DNA of 64,000 nt. Origin: an uncultured virus (IMG/VR IMGVR_UViG_3300001765_000140) (lineage: Duplodnaviria > Heunggongvirae > Uroviricota > Caudoviricetes). Below, in pieces: positions 26,614-37,654 of this stretch (the first letter of the stretch is position 1; each line of letters opens with the position of its first letter). The position numbers were made by a program, and so were the translations under genes. The notes under the pieces were generated by a model. It did not search any database, was not told the DNA's origin, and saw only the letters and a program-made list of their open reading frames with translations. The stretch lies in IMG/VR virus record IMGVR_UViG_3300001765_000140. One strand, written 5' to 3'.

Positions 26614-27425
26614 TGGCGTTACCGACAAGTGGGGGATTAACTTTAGACCAAATAGCAGAAGAAGTATTTCCAGGATTTTCACATCCTATGGATTTCTTAA
26701 CGGTATTAGGCTCTAGTCTAATTATTGACAAAACATTACCATTTGCATTTCTTCCGAAATTCTATGGATATGTTGATGATATCACTTTTACATCCTCACC
26801 TACATCTAGAACTTGGGGTTATCAGGAGACTACTTCTTATGATGTCACTATAATTGTAGATTCTCCTACCTGTCACGTAGATAGCTTCCCGTCATGGATT
26901 ACTCTGAAAGACAATACAAACACTCAGATTAATGCCGGAGACACACTTTATAAAGGCGGAACTCCAAGTTATGTATTAAATATGACTGCCTCTGTTAATG
27001 TAGGAGTAGCTCGTAACGGAAATGTAGTAATACATCTTGCCGCTGCAATAGGAAATTCTTATCAGACACAAAGCGGAACTGTATTAAATATTGCTGTTTA
27101 TCAGGATGAATCTCCAGCTGCTCCTTACCTTGGTGGCTTCTCTCTTGGAAGTTCGACTACAATCGATTCATTCTCAGGAGAATCTTGTACAGGAATATCA
27201 CTTGGATCGACTACAGTATATCCTGTATTTACACCAGGAGGAACTTTTACTACAGGAAGTCATCAGTTACAGGTGTTCGTTGGATCACCGACAGGCACTA
27301 GGCTTTATAATGGAACGGCATATATGGCAAGCGGAGTTCAGACAAGTGCAACTTGTGGATTGTCTAGGGCACTGACATCAGGAGAAGTAGTTTATATTGT
27401 AATAGGAGAGGATTTTGAGTTATAA
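26613..27425 (+). CDS. Tail fibre-associated protein
   Basis: MALPTSGGLTLDQI N-terminus typical of genes following S74 fibres; Ig-like composition. Confidence 0.6.
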   Translation: MALPTSGGLTLDQIAEEVFPGFSHPMDFLTVLGSSLIIDKTLPFAFLPKFYGYVDDITFTSSPTSRTWGYQETTSYDVTIIVDSPTCHVDSFPSWITLKDNTNTQINAGDTLYKGGTPSYVLNMTASVNVGVARNGNVVIHLAAAIGNSYQTQSGTVLNIAVYQDESPAAPYLGGFSLGSSTTIDSFSGESCTGISLGSTTVYPVFTPGGTFTTGSHQLQVFVGSPTGTRLYNGTAYMASGVQTSATCGLSRALTSGEVVYIVIGEDFEL

Positions 27426-27447
27426 TCACTAATAAATAATCAACAAA

Positions 27448-27615
27448 ATGGGAAAACCAGTAGAACAAAACGAAAACACAGGATTATCAGGTAATGCAGG
27501 AAATGCAAGCAATAATCTTGTAAAAGGCAAGCTAAAAACCGCAATATGGAAATTGCTTGTAGGTATCTTAATTGCTGTTGCTTTAGTGGCAGTAGCAATA
27601 GTAATACTTGGATAA
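27448..27615 (+). CDS. Small membrane protein (55 aa)
   Basis: MGKPVEQNEN...KTAIWKLLVGILIAVALVAVAIVILG; fills intergenic gap; below ORF-track cut-off. Confidence 0.55.
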   Translation: MGKPVEQNENTGLSGNAGNASNNLVKGKLKTAIWKLLVGILIAVALVAVAIVILG

Positions 27616-27663
27616 TATAAGGGGTAATTATTACCCCTTACCTTATTCATAATAAGTAATAAA

Positions 27664-28755
27664 ATGCCAGTAACTGAAACAGAAGTAACAACCGGAAAGG
27701 TTAGAAATGAGATCGGAGGCGGCTCATTTAATGTTGGTGATCTAGTAGACACCTTAGGATTAAATAAATATTCGTATTACGCACCAGGTCAATTAGACGT
27801 GGATGCTAATAAAGATATCACTCTTACACCGCCTTCGGTTAGATTTGATCTAGGGGAATTCAGGCTATATGATCACAATCCATTAACATCATTTCCTCCT
27901 CGTCCACCTACCGGATATACTTTAAATTGGGGATTATCATATTCAGATATTGATGTTACATGCGTATGGTTTCCTGGAACTATGAACTATAAGGCATTTG
28001 CTCAGCCAGCCGATTATGTAATGGTTAAGTTTTATCTTACAGAAGCAAACAGGACGAATGAAGCAGCTGTGTGGAAATCATTTAAAGTGCCATTATCATA
28101 TGTTTCAGCCGGAACTCCATTAGTAGGTCATTCTAGACAGTCATCAACAAAAATATCTTCATCAGGAGCTACTGTTATGACTGTTACAGGATTTCCGGTT
28201 TTAGGATTAGCTACTCCTGATCAGGATGTATGGTGTGAAATGTATTTATGCGATGTAGGTGAAAATAGAAAAATAAACTTCGGTACGCGTGCCGAAGGAT
28301 ATTTCAAGCTAGTATTACACAGGGTAGCAGCGCCTTATGCATATGGAGCTAATAATAACAAGCCTGTTAAGCCTACAGGATTTACAGGCTTATTCCCGAT
28401 CTTGGGAAGCAGCTCAGCACCATGTTCTTCGACTACACAATTAGTTCAGACTGCAGCTAATACTACCTATGATATTTGGGTGTTTGCATGGGGAATATTT
28501 AATGACGATGTTTGGGATGCAGGAGCTACGCCAGGGACTCATACAGGCTCTATTGCTCTATCGAATGCTGAAATATATCTTACATACAAAGGAGTGAGTC
28601 AATTGCTGTATTCGGGAGCTCTTACAACATCAGGAGTACATTGTACAGGAACTCTTGCCGGAGGAAACGCATGGTCTTATGATACCAATGGAATGATCAC
28701 ATTTGAAGCCGGAACAACTATTATATCAAACCCGACTAGGTTTAAGTGCTCTTAA
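27664..28755 (+). CDS. Putative tail fibre/structural protein
   Basis: 363 aa; LNKYS...FDLGEFRLYDH N-terminal motif. Confidence 0.55.
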   Translation: MPVTETEVTTGKVRNEIGGGSFNVGDLVDTLGLNKYSYYAPGQLDVDANKDITLTPPSVRFDLGEFRLYDHNPLTSFPPRPPTGYTLNWGLSYSDIDVTCVWFPGTMNYKAFAQPADYVMVKFYLTEANRTNEAAVWKSFKVPLSYVSAGTPLVGHSRQSSTKISSSGATVMTVTGFPVLGLATPDQDVWCEMYLCDVGENRKINFGTRAEGYFKLVLHRVAAPYAYGANNNKPVKPTGFTGLFPILGSSSAPCSSTTQLVQTAANTTYDIWVFAWGIFNDDVWDAGATPGTHTGSIALSNAEIYLTYKGVSQLLYSGALTTSGVHCTGTLAGGNAWSYDTNGMITFEAGTTIISNPTRFKCS

Positions 28756-28825
28756 ATTTGTTATTGTCGATTTTTTTTACTATATTTACAGCGTTAAATT
28801 ATTCATTAATCAAAAAACTATTATT

Positions 28826-29137
28826 ATGAAAATTAAATTGAACTCAGAGATTCTTGGTGTTAATGAAGAGTCACTTAAGGACGAGGATGGATTGGTCATT
28901 ACTTTAAGAAGTATATGTCAGTCATCGCTGCTAGCTCCCGACAAAGATGACACTGAGAAGCAGAAGATCGAGAAATACGATGTTTACAAAAAGGTTAAAG
29001 GAAGAGTTCTTGAAGCTGATCTCACAATTGACGAACTTCATCTTATCAAAAAATGTATTGGTAAGTTTCAGTCACAATTAGTAGTCGGTCAATGCTTCGA
29101 ATTTATAGAAAAAGGCAAGCTGTCGGAGCAGGAATAA
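28826..29137 (+). CDS. Hypothetical protein
   Basis: Start MKIKLNSE downstream of promoter-like TTTG..TATATTTA (28757-28788). Confidence 0.6.
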   Translation: MKIKLNSEILGVNEESLKDEDGLVITLRSICQSSLLAPDKDDTEKQKIEKYDVYKKVKGRVLEADLTIDELHLIKKCIGKFQSQLVVGQCFEFIEKGKLSEQE

Positions 29138-29158
29138 TCCGATTAATTAAAATAGGAT

Positions 29159-29800
29159 ATGGGATTAAATGTTGATAAAGTATTTCGCTTCATTCAATTT
29201 GTAGCGAATAAGGAAAGTAAGGGATGGATATCTCCGTCAGAATTCAATCTTGCGGCTGAATTAGCCCAATTAACGCTATATAGCGAAAAAGAGGCGGTAT
29301 TCATGGCTACAAAGAAGATCGGGGCTGACATGCTTCCATTCTCAGCTAAAGCTGCCGTAACTCCTGCCACGGGAGGAATAATTACTTATCCTGTAGATTT
29401 TCGACATTTAATTGCCATATACAATACTTCTACATTCAAGAAATACGAAGAATTAACACAGGCTGAGCTGGCGGATGCAATGCAGAGCAGGATAACTACT
29501 CCTACCGCAGCTTACCCTGCTGTCGTACAGAGGGATGTAAATATGTTCGTTTATCCAAGCACAGTTGTAACTCCGTCAATTATAGAATACTTACGAAAAC
29601 CAACTATTCCGGCATGGGGATTTACTGTTGTAAATAGTAGACCTGTATATGCCTCCGGAACAAGCGTTAATTTTGATTTCGATGACATTCTTTTCTTAGA
29701 AATATCAATGAGAGTATTACAGCATGTTGGATTGAGCATCAAGGATAATGATATCGCTCAGTACGGAATGTCGTTCAGTAACAATAAAACTCAGCAATAA
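29159..29800 (+). CDS. Tail ring/tubular protein (crAss-like)
   Basis: NKESKGWISPSEFNLAA...AQL; EYLRKPTIPAWGFTVV; first of three ring-like genes. Confidence 0.7.
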   Translation: MGLNVDKVFRFIQFVANKESKGWISPSEFNLAAELAQLTLYSEKEAVFMATKKIGADMLPFSAKAAVTPATGGIITYPVDFRHLIAIYNTSTFKKYEELTQAELADAMQSRITTPTAAYPAVVQRDVNMFVYPSTVVTPSIIEYLRKPTIPAWGFTVVNSRPVYASGTSVNFDFDDILFLEISMRVLQHVGLSIKDNDIAQYGMSFSNNKTQQ

Positions 29801-30693
29801 TGGCAACTACTAAATACACACTTGCTGAACAGGCAATGAGAATATTATCCGGAGGACATCTTAAGCCGGACAGAAACCTTGACATCAGGGAAATAATGAT
29901 GTATATTGATCAGTGCAGAGACACCTTTATTATAGAGGACTTCACTGAGAATCTTAAGAACAATAACGAATACGATATTGATTCATATTATCTTACATAT
30001 TTCCCAAATGTAGCCGTAACTCTAGATGCTACTACAGGATTAAAAACTGCACTGCTTCCAGCTAGTAGGCTTTCGCTTCCAAAGGATATGGGATTATATT
30101 CAGTATCAGCTCCGGCAACTAATGATAATCCATACATCCCAATAAAGCAGGGCATGATGTGGCAGTTCAAAAATTCCAATGTGTTCAATATTGCATCTAA
30201 GATATTTTATTATCCGGCAGGAGATAGGATTTACTTTACCAATTTACCAATAGGTGTATACACCATAACAGTAACCGGAACTTCGGGAAGTGCTACAGTC
30301 GTTTGTAATGGAGTATCTCAGGTAATTACTCTTGCAACTACTATCGAAGCGGCTATTGATACCTTTATAGCAGCCTACGCTCCGGCTTATCTAGCCGCAG
30401 GTGCTGTGCTGACTAAAGGCGGAACAACTAATCTGATATTCACGGCAGTTAATCAGACAACATTATTTACAGCCGTTCCAACAATAGTAAACGCTTCCGG
30501 AAACTTAACCGGAACTGTAGCCGGAACTGGAATCGTGTTAGTAATAATGGCTGTTACTTCTAAGAATATCACGGAAGACGATTTATATCCAGTGCCTCCG
30601 GATAAAGAAAAGACATTGGTCGATATGGCTATAGAGAGATTCGGGGTAGCAAAGCAAATACCTCATGATGAAATTGAAGATGGAAATAAATAA
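29800..30693 (+). CDS. Tail ring/structural protein
   Basis: 297 aa; C-terminal DDLYPVP...PHDEIEDG; position in tail module. Confidence 0.6.
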   Translation: MATTKYTLAEQAMRILSGGHLKPDRNLDIREIMMYIDQCRDTFIIEDFTENLKNNNEYDIDSYYLTYFPNVAVTLDATTGLKTALLPASRLSLPKDMGLYSVSAPATNDNPYIPIKQGMMWQFKNSNVFNIASKIFYYPAGDRIYFTNLPIGVYTITVTGTSGSATVVCNGVSQVITLATTIEAAIDTFIAAYAPAYLAAGAVLTKGGTTNLIFTAVNQTTLFTAVPTIVNASGNLTGTVAGTGIVLVIMAVTSKNITEDDLYPVPPDKEKTLVDMAIERFGVAKQIPHDEIEDGNK

Positions 30694-30704
30694 TTTGAAA
30701 TAAA

Positions 30705-31430
30705 ATGCCTCATACACCTCGCACAACAATAGATGAAGTCATTAAGAGTCTTCTTAGCCAAGAAGGAAAGAGTACTCCTCATGACTATATGGTATATCTT
30801 AATCTAGCAAACATAGGTCTTAAGGAGCTGACATTCGATATATTAGGAAATACATCTGCATCGCTACTTCTCGTTAGCAGTGTATTAAGGATCGATCTTC
30901 CGGAAAACTTTGTCGACTATACATTTATTGGAGTAGTAGGAAATGACGGCAGGAAGCATACTTTGGGATCAGCTCCTAATATTGCAATTCCTGGAGGAGT
31001 TATTCCTGATGTATCAGACGCAGCTGCAGAATATATAGTTACTTCCGGATTCGGAATGGGAGGAATATATGGTCTTGGCGGAGGTCAAAATAGCAACGGA
31101 TACTACAGACCGGAAATTGATGTTGATAATTGGCAGATGATACTTGCAGGCGTACAGCCTGGCTCTTACATATATCTCGAATACATCACCGATGGAAGCT
31201 TAGCTAGCGGAGAAAATATTATTCATCCGTATGCAGAAGAAGCCCTGAGAGCGTACATTTATTGGAAGTCTATTCAGAGAAAGAGGTATGTAGGTCTTGG
31301 TGAAAAAGCCGATGCTAAAACTACCTATTATAACGAAAAAAGGCTAGCTAGAAAAAGACTTGTATCATTCACAAAAGAGGAAGCACTACAGCAAATAAGA
31401 AAAGGTTTCAAACAATCTCCAAAATTATAA
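30705..31430 (+). CDS. Tail ring/structural protein
   Basis: GLKELTFD, LPENFVDY, LEYITDG, IHPYAEEALRAYIYW motifs. Confidence 0.65.
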   Translation: MPHTPRTTIDEVIKSLLSQEGKSTPHDYMVYLNLANIGLKELTFDILGNTSASLLLVSSVLRIDLPENFVDYTFIGVVGNDGRKHTLGSAPNIAIPGGVIPDVSDAAAEYIVTSGFGMGGIYGLGGGQNSNGYYRPEIDVDNWQMILAGVQPGSYIYLEYITDGSLASGENIIHPYAEEALRAYIYWKSIQRKRYVGLGEKADAKTTYYNEKRLARKRLVSFTKEEALQQIRKGFKQSPKL

Positions 31431-31433
31431 TCA

Positions 31434-34400
31434 ATGCAGTCTACAGTAGTAAAATCATTTCATAGAGGGCTAGACAGAGATACAGATATTCGATTAATGC
31501 AAAATGGTAACTATCTAGATGCCATGAACATAAAGATATCTAATGCATTATCCGGAAGGGTTGGTGTTGTCACAAACATGCTTGGAGCTCTCAATATCTC
31601 AGGTACTACTCTAGTTGGACTTACAGGAGATACTGTTTTGAATATATTTCCGGACAGAATAAACAATTGCTTGTATGTTTTTATTGCCAATACATCAACA
31701 TATGTAGACAGGATTGTTAAGTACGTTCCGGCTACAAATACATGGTCGCTAGTAGTAGCCTCTTCGATCCTTGGATTTAATACGGACTACAGAATAAACT
31801 CATTTGACGTAGTTGAGAATTTCATATTTTGGAATGACAATTATAATCCGCCTAGGACTTATGACAATAGCTTAAACTACCTAAGCACTTTAGGATATGT
31901 TGCTTATAATGCAGCAACTCCATATGTGCTAGGCAATAAGGCTACTCTGAACGGGATCGTATATTCAGCGCTATCCTCTTTTACAGGCAACGCTCCAAGC
32001 GGCAATTTAACCGACAATACATATTGGGAATTACTTCACACACAGGGATATGACGCATCTTATTTTGATTGCGCCGTTTTAGTGCCAAACAGAGCACCTA
32101 CAACTGTTGTGAGTACAGATTCATCATTTGCATCTAACTTCTTAGTAGGTAAGTTCTTGCAGTTTAAACACAGGTTTGTTTATAAAAATAATCAAAAGTC
32201 CGTATTCTCACCTATAAGTAATGTTGTATATTCGGGTTCTGATTACGATAATCCGGTTACTACAACAGGATCAGTGCCTTCGAATAACTTGGTTACAATA
32301 ACTGTTCCGCCAAATAACGCCAATAAGTTAGTTGAAAAGATAGAGATAGCAGCTAGAAGCGGAAATAATGGAGACTTCTCTATTATCAAAACCTTTAACA
32401 CAGACTCAGCATTCTTTTCGTCAGGGTATAATTTTCCGTTTTACAATAACGGGATTTCCACTTCATTGGCAATAGATGAGTCAAATCAGCTATATGACGA
32501 TATGCCACTAAAGGCAAGGGCAGCAAGATTTGCTAGCAATAGAATGCTGTACGCGGGTACTACTAATGGGTACACAAAGCCAACTATTGATACTAAATTA
32601 TTTCTAGCTAAGCGCGGAAGACCCGACGCTGCCACGCTGACATACACTTCAACTGATATGACATGCCTGGATAGCGCAGCATTATTAGCCGCAGCTATGC
32701 CAACGTACACAACCCCGACGGTAGGTGATACTATTACCTGTACCGGAGTAACGTCTTGGGCTAATTCATGGGAGCATATTTCATTTGGGACTCTAGTAGT
32801 CACCGTTGGAGTTGGATGGGGATTTGCTGACATATTGGCATACATATTAGCAAATACAGTAGAGGCATGGGACTCTTACACTAGATATCCATCTTCGGAT
32901 AAGAAGTTATTATACCTTGATGGTTCTCAGTCTGTTGCTAGAAATGACTTAAGTATTTACGATCCTAACTACGGTAAGACTGCTTATCTTATTAATGACA
33001 AAATGTCATTTGCAGTTGCCAAGGGCGGAACTACTCATGATGAGATATTCAAATCCGGTGCAAGATATCAGGTAGGTCTTCAATATTACGACGGTCAGGG
33101 AAGAACTAACGGTGTGATATTATCAGCTGATTCAGAGGTTTACATACCAACTGTGGCTGAAAGATACTTACTGCCTAATGATTTAGTCAGCTCCGGCGGA
33201 ATGTACTTAGCTATTGAAATAACAAATACTCCGCCATCGTGGGCTAAATACTATAATGTAGTATGGGCAAATACATACAGGGATGCGGCTGTAATCACCA
33301 CTACCATAATTGATGCAAGAACGGTAGGAGCTTTATGTCAGGCTAATATAGGCAGTATAAAATACAGCAATACTAATCACCAAACTCAGCTAGCATATAG
33401 TTGGCAAAAGGGAGACAGGGTTAGGTTTATTACATACGACGCGTCAGCCGGAAATAGCGCAGGGACTCTAGAATGGGCGATCAGACCTTATGATGCTGAG
33501 ATAATTGCTTCTGACGATAATTATGCCTATACGGGAGAGGTGGGCGATGGTAATCAATCTATTTCATTCTACTATCCGCTAACCGGAACTAGTAATGCCA
33601 TGACTCTAGGGATGGTAAAATATTCTCAGATCGAAATATATAGACCGTCGACACAGGCTGAGGCTGAGCAGGTATTATTTCACGAAGATTCTCAGATGTT
33701 TGACATCACAGGAGGATTACATGAGGGAACTATAGATCAGACTACTACAGGGACTGCTACATCATCTTACTATGGAGTTTACATATATGGTGCTACCGGA
33801 TATATAAAACTAGCTACATCGTCACTATCATCTGCTATCAAGCCTGGAGACGTTCTTACATTTACAGGAACTTATTCAGCCGCTCCGGCGACTACATTCG
33901 CGCTAACCGTAATTGATAACGGCGTGACTTATAATGGAGACGGCAGCGTAGACGTCATGTTTATAACAGTTCCATGGATCGCGAACTATTCAACAGCTGT
34001 GGGTACGATAAGCTATAGTAAAACATCCAAACCCGCTATGGTATTATTATCACATGGAGACGCTTTCTTTAAAAAAAGAAAACTGCTTATGGCTAGCGAT
34101 ACTGACCTGTTTGTAGAGGATTATGATCTGAGCGATTACATTGATTCAGCGAATTATTCCCTAGGAAGACCGACAGCTATCGTTGATGTTGATGTTCAGG
34201 ATAATAAGTCTACAATATTTTACACCGAATCCTTTATCCCAAATACTAATATAAACGGTCTCAATAAATTATATCCAGATCTTAATTACGAGGAATACAA
34301 TAAGTCATTCGGAGCTATAACCTACATACACAATGAAGGGAATGCAATTATTTTATTCCAAGAAGATAAGGTTTCTCAGGTTATGATTCAGCAGGCACTA

Positions 34401-35267
34401 ATGTATGATGGAGGTGGTAACACTCAATATATTAATTCTGAGAATGTTGTGCTATCTAGAATGTTGCCTTACGCGGGCGAATATGGAATGCAAAATCCAT
34501 TCTCGTTTACATACTTTGGCAATAGAAAATATTGGATAGACTTAAGCAGGGGCGTAGCTTTACGACTCTCTGTTGACGGAATTACTGAAATATCTAGAGC
34601 AGGTCTTCGCGGATGGTTCTATGATATCTGCAAAACTACATTAACTCAGACTACAGCCGGAAGTCAGGATGTATTCGGTATTTACGATCCGGTCAATGAT
34701 GAGTATATAGTTTCATTTAAGTATGCCCAAAAAACCGTATGCTACAATGAGGAGATAAACGAAGGGCAGGGAGGATGGTCTTCATTCTTAAGCAATTACT
34801 TTACAGGCGGAGCTAATCTTGATAATAAGGTATTCTACAATAATGCAAGTGCCGTTTATGAAATGAATCAGCCAGTGGCTACAGTGGGAAGAAATGCTAT
34901 CAAGAATGTCGCGGGCGTTTCAACCGGAATAGAGTCATATATTCAATTCGTAGTCAATGACGAACCTGCTACAGACAAGGTATTTAGATCAATATCTATT
35001 GACGGAAATGACGCTTGGGACGTTTCTATAACTACAGAACAGGGTCAGTCTAGCAGCCTACTATATAATGCTGACTTTAGGACTAGAGAAACAGAGTATG
35101 ACGCTGCCTTTCTGAGAGATGTGAATACACCCAACGTAACTAATCCTTTATTCGAGGGCGACTACATGAGAGGAAAAGAAGCTACCATTAAATTAACCAT
35201 GACATCAGGTAGGTTCGGACTAGAAAAGTATATTAAATTAGTTCGCACTGTGATATCTAAGGGTTAA
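31434..35267 (+). CDS. Tail stabilisation (muzzle) protein
   Basis: 1277 aa; GLDRDTDIRLMQNGNYLDAMNI N-terminus, FWNDNYNPPR, GEYGMQNPFSF, RLSVDGITEIS, WSSF motifs. Confidence 0.8.
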   Translation: MQSTVVKSFHRGLDRDTDIRLMQNGNYLDAMNIKISNALSGRVGVVTNMLGALNISGTTLVGLTGDTVLNIFPDRINNCLYVFIANTSTYVDRIVKYVPATNTWSLVVASSILGFNTDYRINSFDVVENFIFWNDNYNPPRTYDNSLNYLSTLGYVAYNAATPYVLGNKATLNGIVYSALSSFTGNAPSGNLTDNTYWELLHTQGYDASYFDCAVLVPNRAPTTVVSTDSSFASNFLVGKFLQFKHRFVYKNNQKSVFSPISNVVYSGSDYDNPVTTTGSVPSNNLVTITVPPNNANKLVEKIEIAARSGNNGDFSIIKTFNTDSAFFSSGYNFPFYNNGISTSLAIDESNQLYDDMPLKARAARFASNRMLYAGTTNGYTKPTIDTKLFLAKRGRPDAATLTYTSTDMTCLDSAALLAAAMPTYTTPTVGDTITCTGVTSWANSWEHISFGTLVVTVGVGWGFADILAYILANTVEAWDSYTRYPSSDKKLLYLDGSQSVARNDLSIYDPNYGKTAYLINDKMSFAVAKGGTTHDEIFKSGARYQVGLQYYDGQGRTNGVILSADSEVYIPTVAERYLLPNDLVSSGGMYLAIEITNTPPSWAKYYNVVWANTYRDAAVITTTIIDARTVGALCQANIGSIKYSNTNHQTQLAYSWQKGDRVRFITYDASAGNSAGTLEWAIRPYDAEIIASDDNYAYTGEVGDGNQSISFYYPLTGTSNAMTLGMVKYSQIEIYRPSTQAEAEQVLFHEDSQMFDITGGLHEGTIDQTTTGTATSSYYGVYIYGATGYIKLATSSLSSAIKPGDVLTFTGTYSAAPATTFALTVIDNGVTYNGDGSVDVMFITVPWIANYSTAVGTISYSKTSKPAMVLLSHGDAFFKKRKLLMASDTDLFVEDYDLSDYIDSANYSLGRPTAIVDVDVQDNKSTIFYTESFIPNTNINGLNKLYPDLNYEEYNKSFGAITYIHNEGNAIILFQEDKVSQVMIQQALMYDGGGNTQYINSENVVLSRMLPYAGEYGMQNPFSFTYFGNRKYWIDLSRGVALRLSVDGITEISRAGLRGWFYDICKTTLTQTTAGSQDVFGIYDPVNDEYIVSFKYAQKTVCYNEEINEGQGGWSSFLSNYFTGGANLDNKVFYNNASAVYEMNQPVATVGRNAIKNVAGVSTGIESYIQFVVNDEPATDKVFRSISIDGNDAWDVSITTEQGQSSSLLYNADFRTRETEYDAAFLRDVNTPNVTNPLFEGDYMRGKEATIKLTMTSGRFGLEKYIKLVRTVISKG

Positions 35268-35270
35268 ACA

Positions 35271-35302
35271 TTTGCTTTTCTCAATTATTTTACTTATCTT
35301 TG
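35271..35302 (+). promoter_or_regulatory. Bacteroidota-type promoter
   Basis: TTTG ... TATCTTTG. Confidence 0.7.
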
Positions 35303-35323
35303 TTTTTCAAATAATATATCAAT

Positions 35324-35962
35324 ATGGGACTATTCGATAGTGTAAATCCAATTTCAGCAATCTCTACAGGTATTCAGGGAGCAGTGGGAATAGCTCAGAT
35401 GGCTGCAGGTTTCTTTCAGAAGAAGCCTAAGCTTAATGAGTATCAGATTCCTCAGGAGGTATTGGATAATATGAGTCAAGCGGAAAGAATGTCATTTGAA
35501 GGTCTTCCGGAGGCTCAGAAGCAACAATATATTCAGAACATACAAAGGAGTGGTGCAACAGCTCTGTCTTCGTCTACAAGCAGAAAAGGAGGACTAGGAT
35601 TAGTTGCATCAGTTGGACAGCAACAGCAGGACGCATATATGAATTTGCTATCTGCAGATTCAGAGGCTAGGATGAATAATATTCAAAATCTGTTCTCTGC
35701 TAGATCGGCTATGGCTGCTGAAAGGGAAAAGAAATTTCAGATCAAAAGAGAGAATATTATGGAGAAGCGTCAGAACATCGACAAACTTCGCGGAGCTGGA
35801 ATGCAGAATACTATGGGTGCGCTAGGAAGCTTATCCGAATTGGCTACTGGCAGTAAGAAAACATCACTAAAGGATAGCGGTACACCGGAGGGCGTATCTC
35901 GAATAGACCCTAAAACTATTAAGCTTGGTAACGGAGTTGATGATCCTAATAAATTAAGATAA
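35324..35962 (+). CDS. Putative internal virion (ejection) protein
   Basis: G/A-rich hydrophobic N-terminus, Q-rich helical body; follows tail stabiliser. Confidence 0.6.
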   Translation: MGLFDSVNPISAISTGIQGAVGIAQMAAGFFQKKPKLNEYQIPQEVLDNMSQAERMSFEGLPEAQKQQYIQNIQRSGATALSSSTSRKGGLGLVASVGQQQQDAYMNLLSADSEARMNNIQNLFSARSAMAAEREKKFQIKRENIMEKRQNIDKLRGAGMQNTMGALGSLSELATGSKKTSLKDSGTPEGVSRIDPKTIKLGNGVDDPNKLR

Positions 35963-35968
35963 GTCATT

Positions 35969-37636
35969 ATGGCAGGAATTACAGCATTAACAAATATTGG
36001 AGAAGGAGCAGCTCAGGTATTCGATACTACCTCACTTATTCAACAGCAAAAAGCCGAACAAACAGCCAAGGAGGATAAGATAATTGAAAGTCAACTCGAT
36101 TATGATCCAAATGACGTATGGAGTAGGGATATAGATCATATTAGTAGTAAGTTAGACGGATATCAAAAATGGATGACTGACAACTACGATAGGCTTAATG
36201 CATCAGGAAAAGATAGAATGCAGGCTTGGACTGAAAAGAAGCAACTAGAAAACGGCATTCGTAATGAAATAGCCGCATCTAAGCAAGCCGGAACTATTGC
36301 TAAGCAGATGTCAACTGCCATTATGACAGACCCTGACTTTAATACAAAAGCCAACAGAGAGAGAGCTGCCGCATTCAGCAGTCCTCAGAGACCTGAGGCA
36401 TATGAAAATAAGGAGGCGTATAATGGATTTGCTATTCAGCAACAAATGCTTAAGGAAGTCAATATTCCGCTTGAAGATATAATTAAAAATGTAGAAGAAA
36501 ACCTTCTTTCATCAGGCGAAATGCGTACCTATGGAATGAAGTCTTTAACAGATAAGAGAACCATGTCTCCGGAGAATAAGATTTTATTCGATGCTAAGAT
36601 GAAAGAGCTATATGAAAACGGTAACGAGAAAACTAGCGCTGAAAAAATACAGGGTAAGTATGCGTCTCCGGAAGAATTAGGCAAAGCAGTTTTAGGTAAG
36701 GTGGATTATAGTGTTAAGACTACATTTGTTAATGCACAGACCGGAGAGGTAAAGGCTGCAGACAATAAGAAGTTCGCTGCATTTGGCAATGAATCTAGAG
36801 GATTTGGAATTGGAGTTACTGCAGATGAGATAACCGGAGGTCAGGGCACTGCAAATATGCCTGGAAGACTTTGGGGAACTAATAAGACAGTCATAAAGCC
36901 GGAAGATATAACTACCGACGAGACAGGGGCACAATATACATTGGACAAACAAGGCAATAAAGTTCCTATTACAAGAGAGGATTTAGTGAACGCAGCACAG
37001 GCAAGTTACTATGATCCATCTGTTATTGGTGGAATTTCATTCGGGGGAAATGATAAAATAACTGTTCAAGCACCTGGAGTTGTAGGAGGAGTGAACATGA
37101 TTGACGGAAGTTACAGTTCTGATTTATTCGAAACGAGTGCCAATATTACTATATCTGACATAGTTATAGCCGAAAAAGCAATAGCTCCTGTGTATGCTAA
37201 GTACATGGGAATGGATTCTGAGGGCAATGCTAAAGAATACAAGAGGGAAATCAAAACTAATGAAATGATTCCTTCCGGAGCAACTTTATTCACGGACAAA
37301 AATTACAGTACCCTTATTGATGGGGAAAATGAATATCAGTATAAGGAGCAGGATTTATATGCAGCGGTTCAGGGTCAAGCTCCAAGGGTTAAGGCTAATT
37401 TAGGAAGCGAATACCAAATGGGGCAGCAGATTCAAGGAGGATCATCTTTTGCAAAAGGATTAGTTCCATTCGACAGGGTTAGCGGATATATATCAAACGT
37501 ACTTCCTCATTACCCAGGTCTTGCTGAAAAGATAAGCGAGCTACAGAACTCAAAGACAGGTCAATCTATTATGACAGAATCTCAGAGAATTGCAGCAAGA
37601 AGAGATGCTGCTAAAATAGCTGCAAAAAATAAATAA
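35969..37636 (+). CDS. Putative internal virion protein
   Basis: 555 aa; position between ejection-like genes. Confidence 0.55.
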   Translation: MAGITALTNIGEGAAQVFDTTSLIQQQKAEQTAKEDKIIESQLDYDPNDVWSRDIDHISSKLDGYQKWMTDNYDRLNASGKDRMQAWTEKKQLENGIRNEIAASKQAGTIAKQMSTAIMTDPDFNTKANRERAAAFSSPQRPEAYENKEAYNGFAIQQQMLKEVNIPLEDIIKNVEENLLSSGEMRTYGMKSLTDKRTMSPENKILFDAKMKELYENGNEKTSAEKIQGKYASPEELGKAVLGKVDYSVKTTFVNAQTGEVKAADNKKFAAFGNESRGFGIGVTADEITGGQGTANMPGRLWGTNKTVIKPEDITTDETGAQYTLDKQGNKVPITREDLVNAAQASYYDPSVIGGISFGGNDKITVQAPGVVGGVNMIDGSYSSDLFETSANITISDIVIAEKAIAPVYAKYMGMDSEGNAKEYKREIKTNEMIPSGATLFTDKNYSTLIDGENEYQYKEQDLYAAVQGQAPRVKANLGSEYQMGQQIQGGSSFAKGLVPFDRVSGYISNVLPHYPGLAEKISELQNSKTGQSIMTESQRIAARRDAAKIAAKNK

Positions 37637-37654
37637 TAATTTAATATATCCGAT

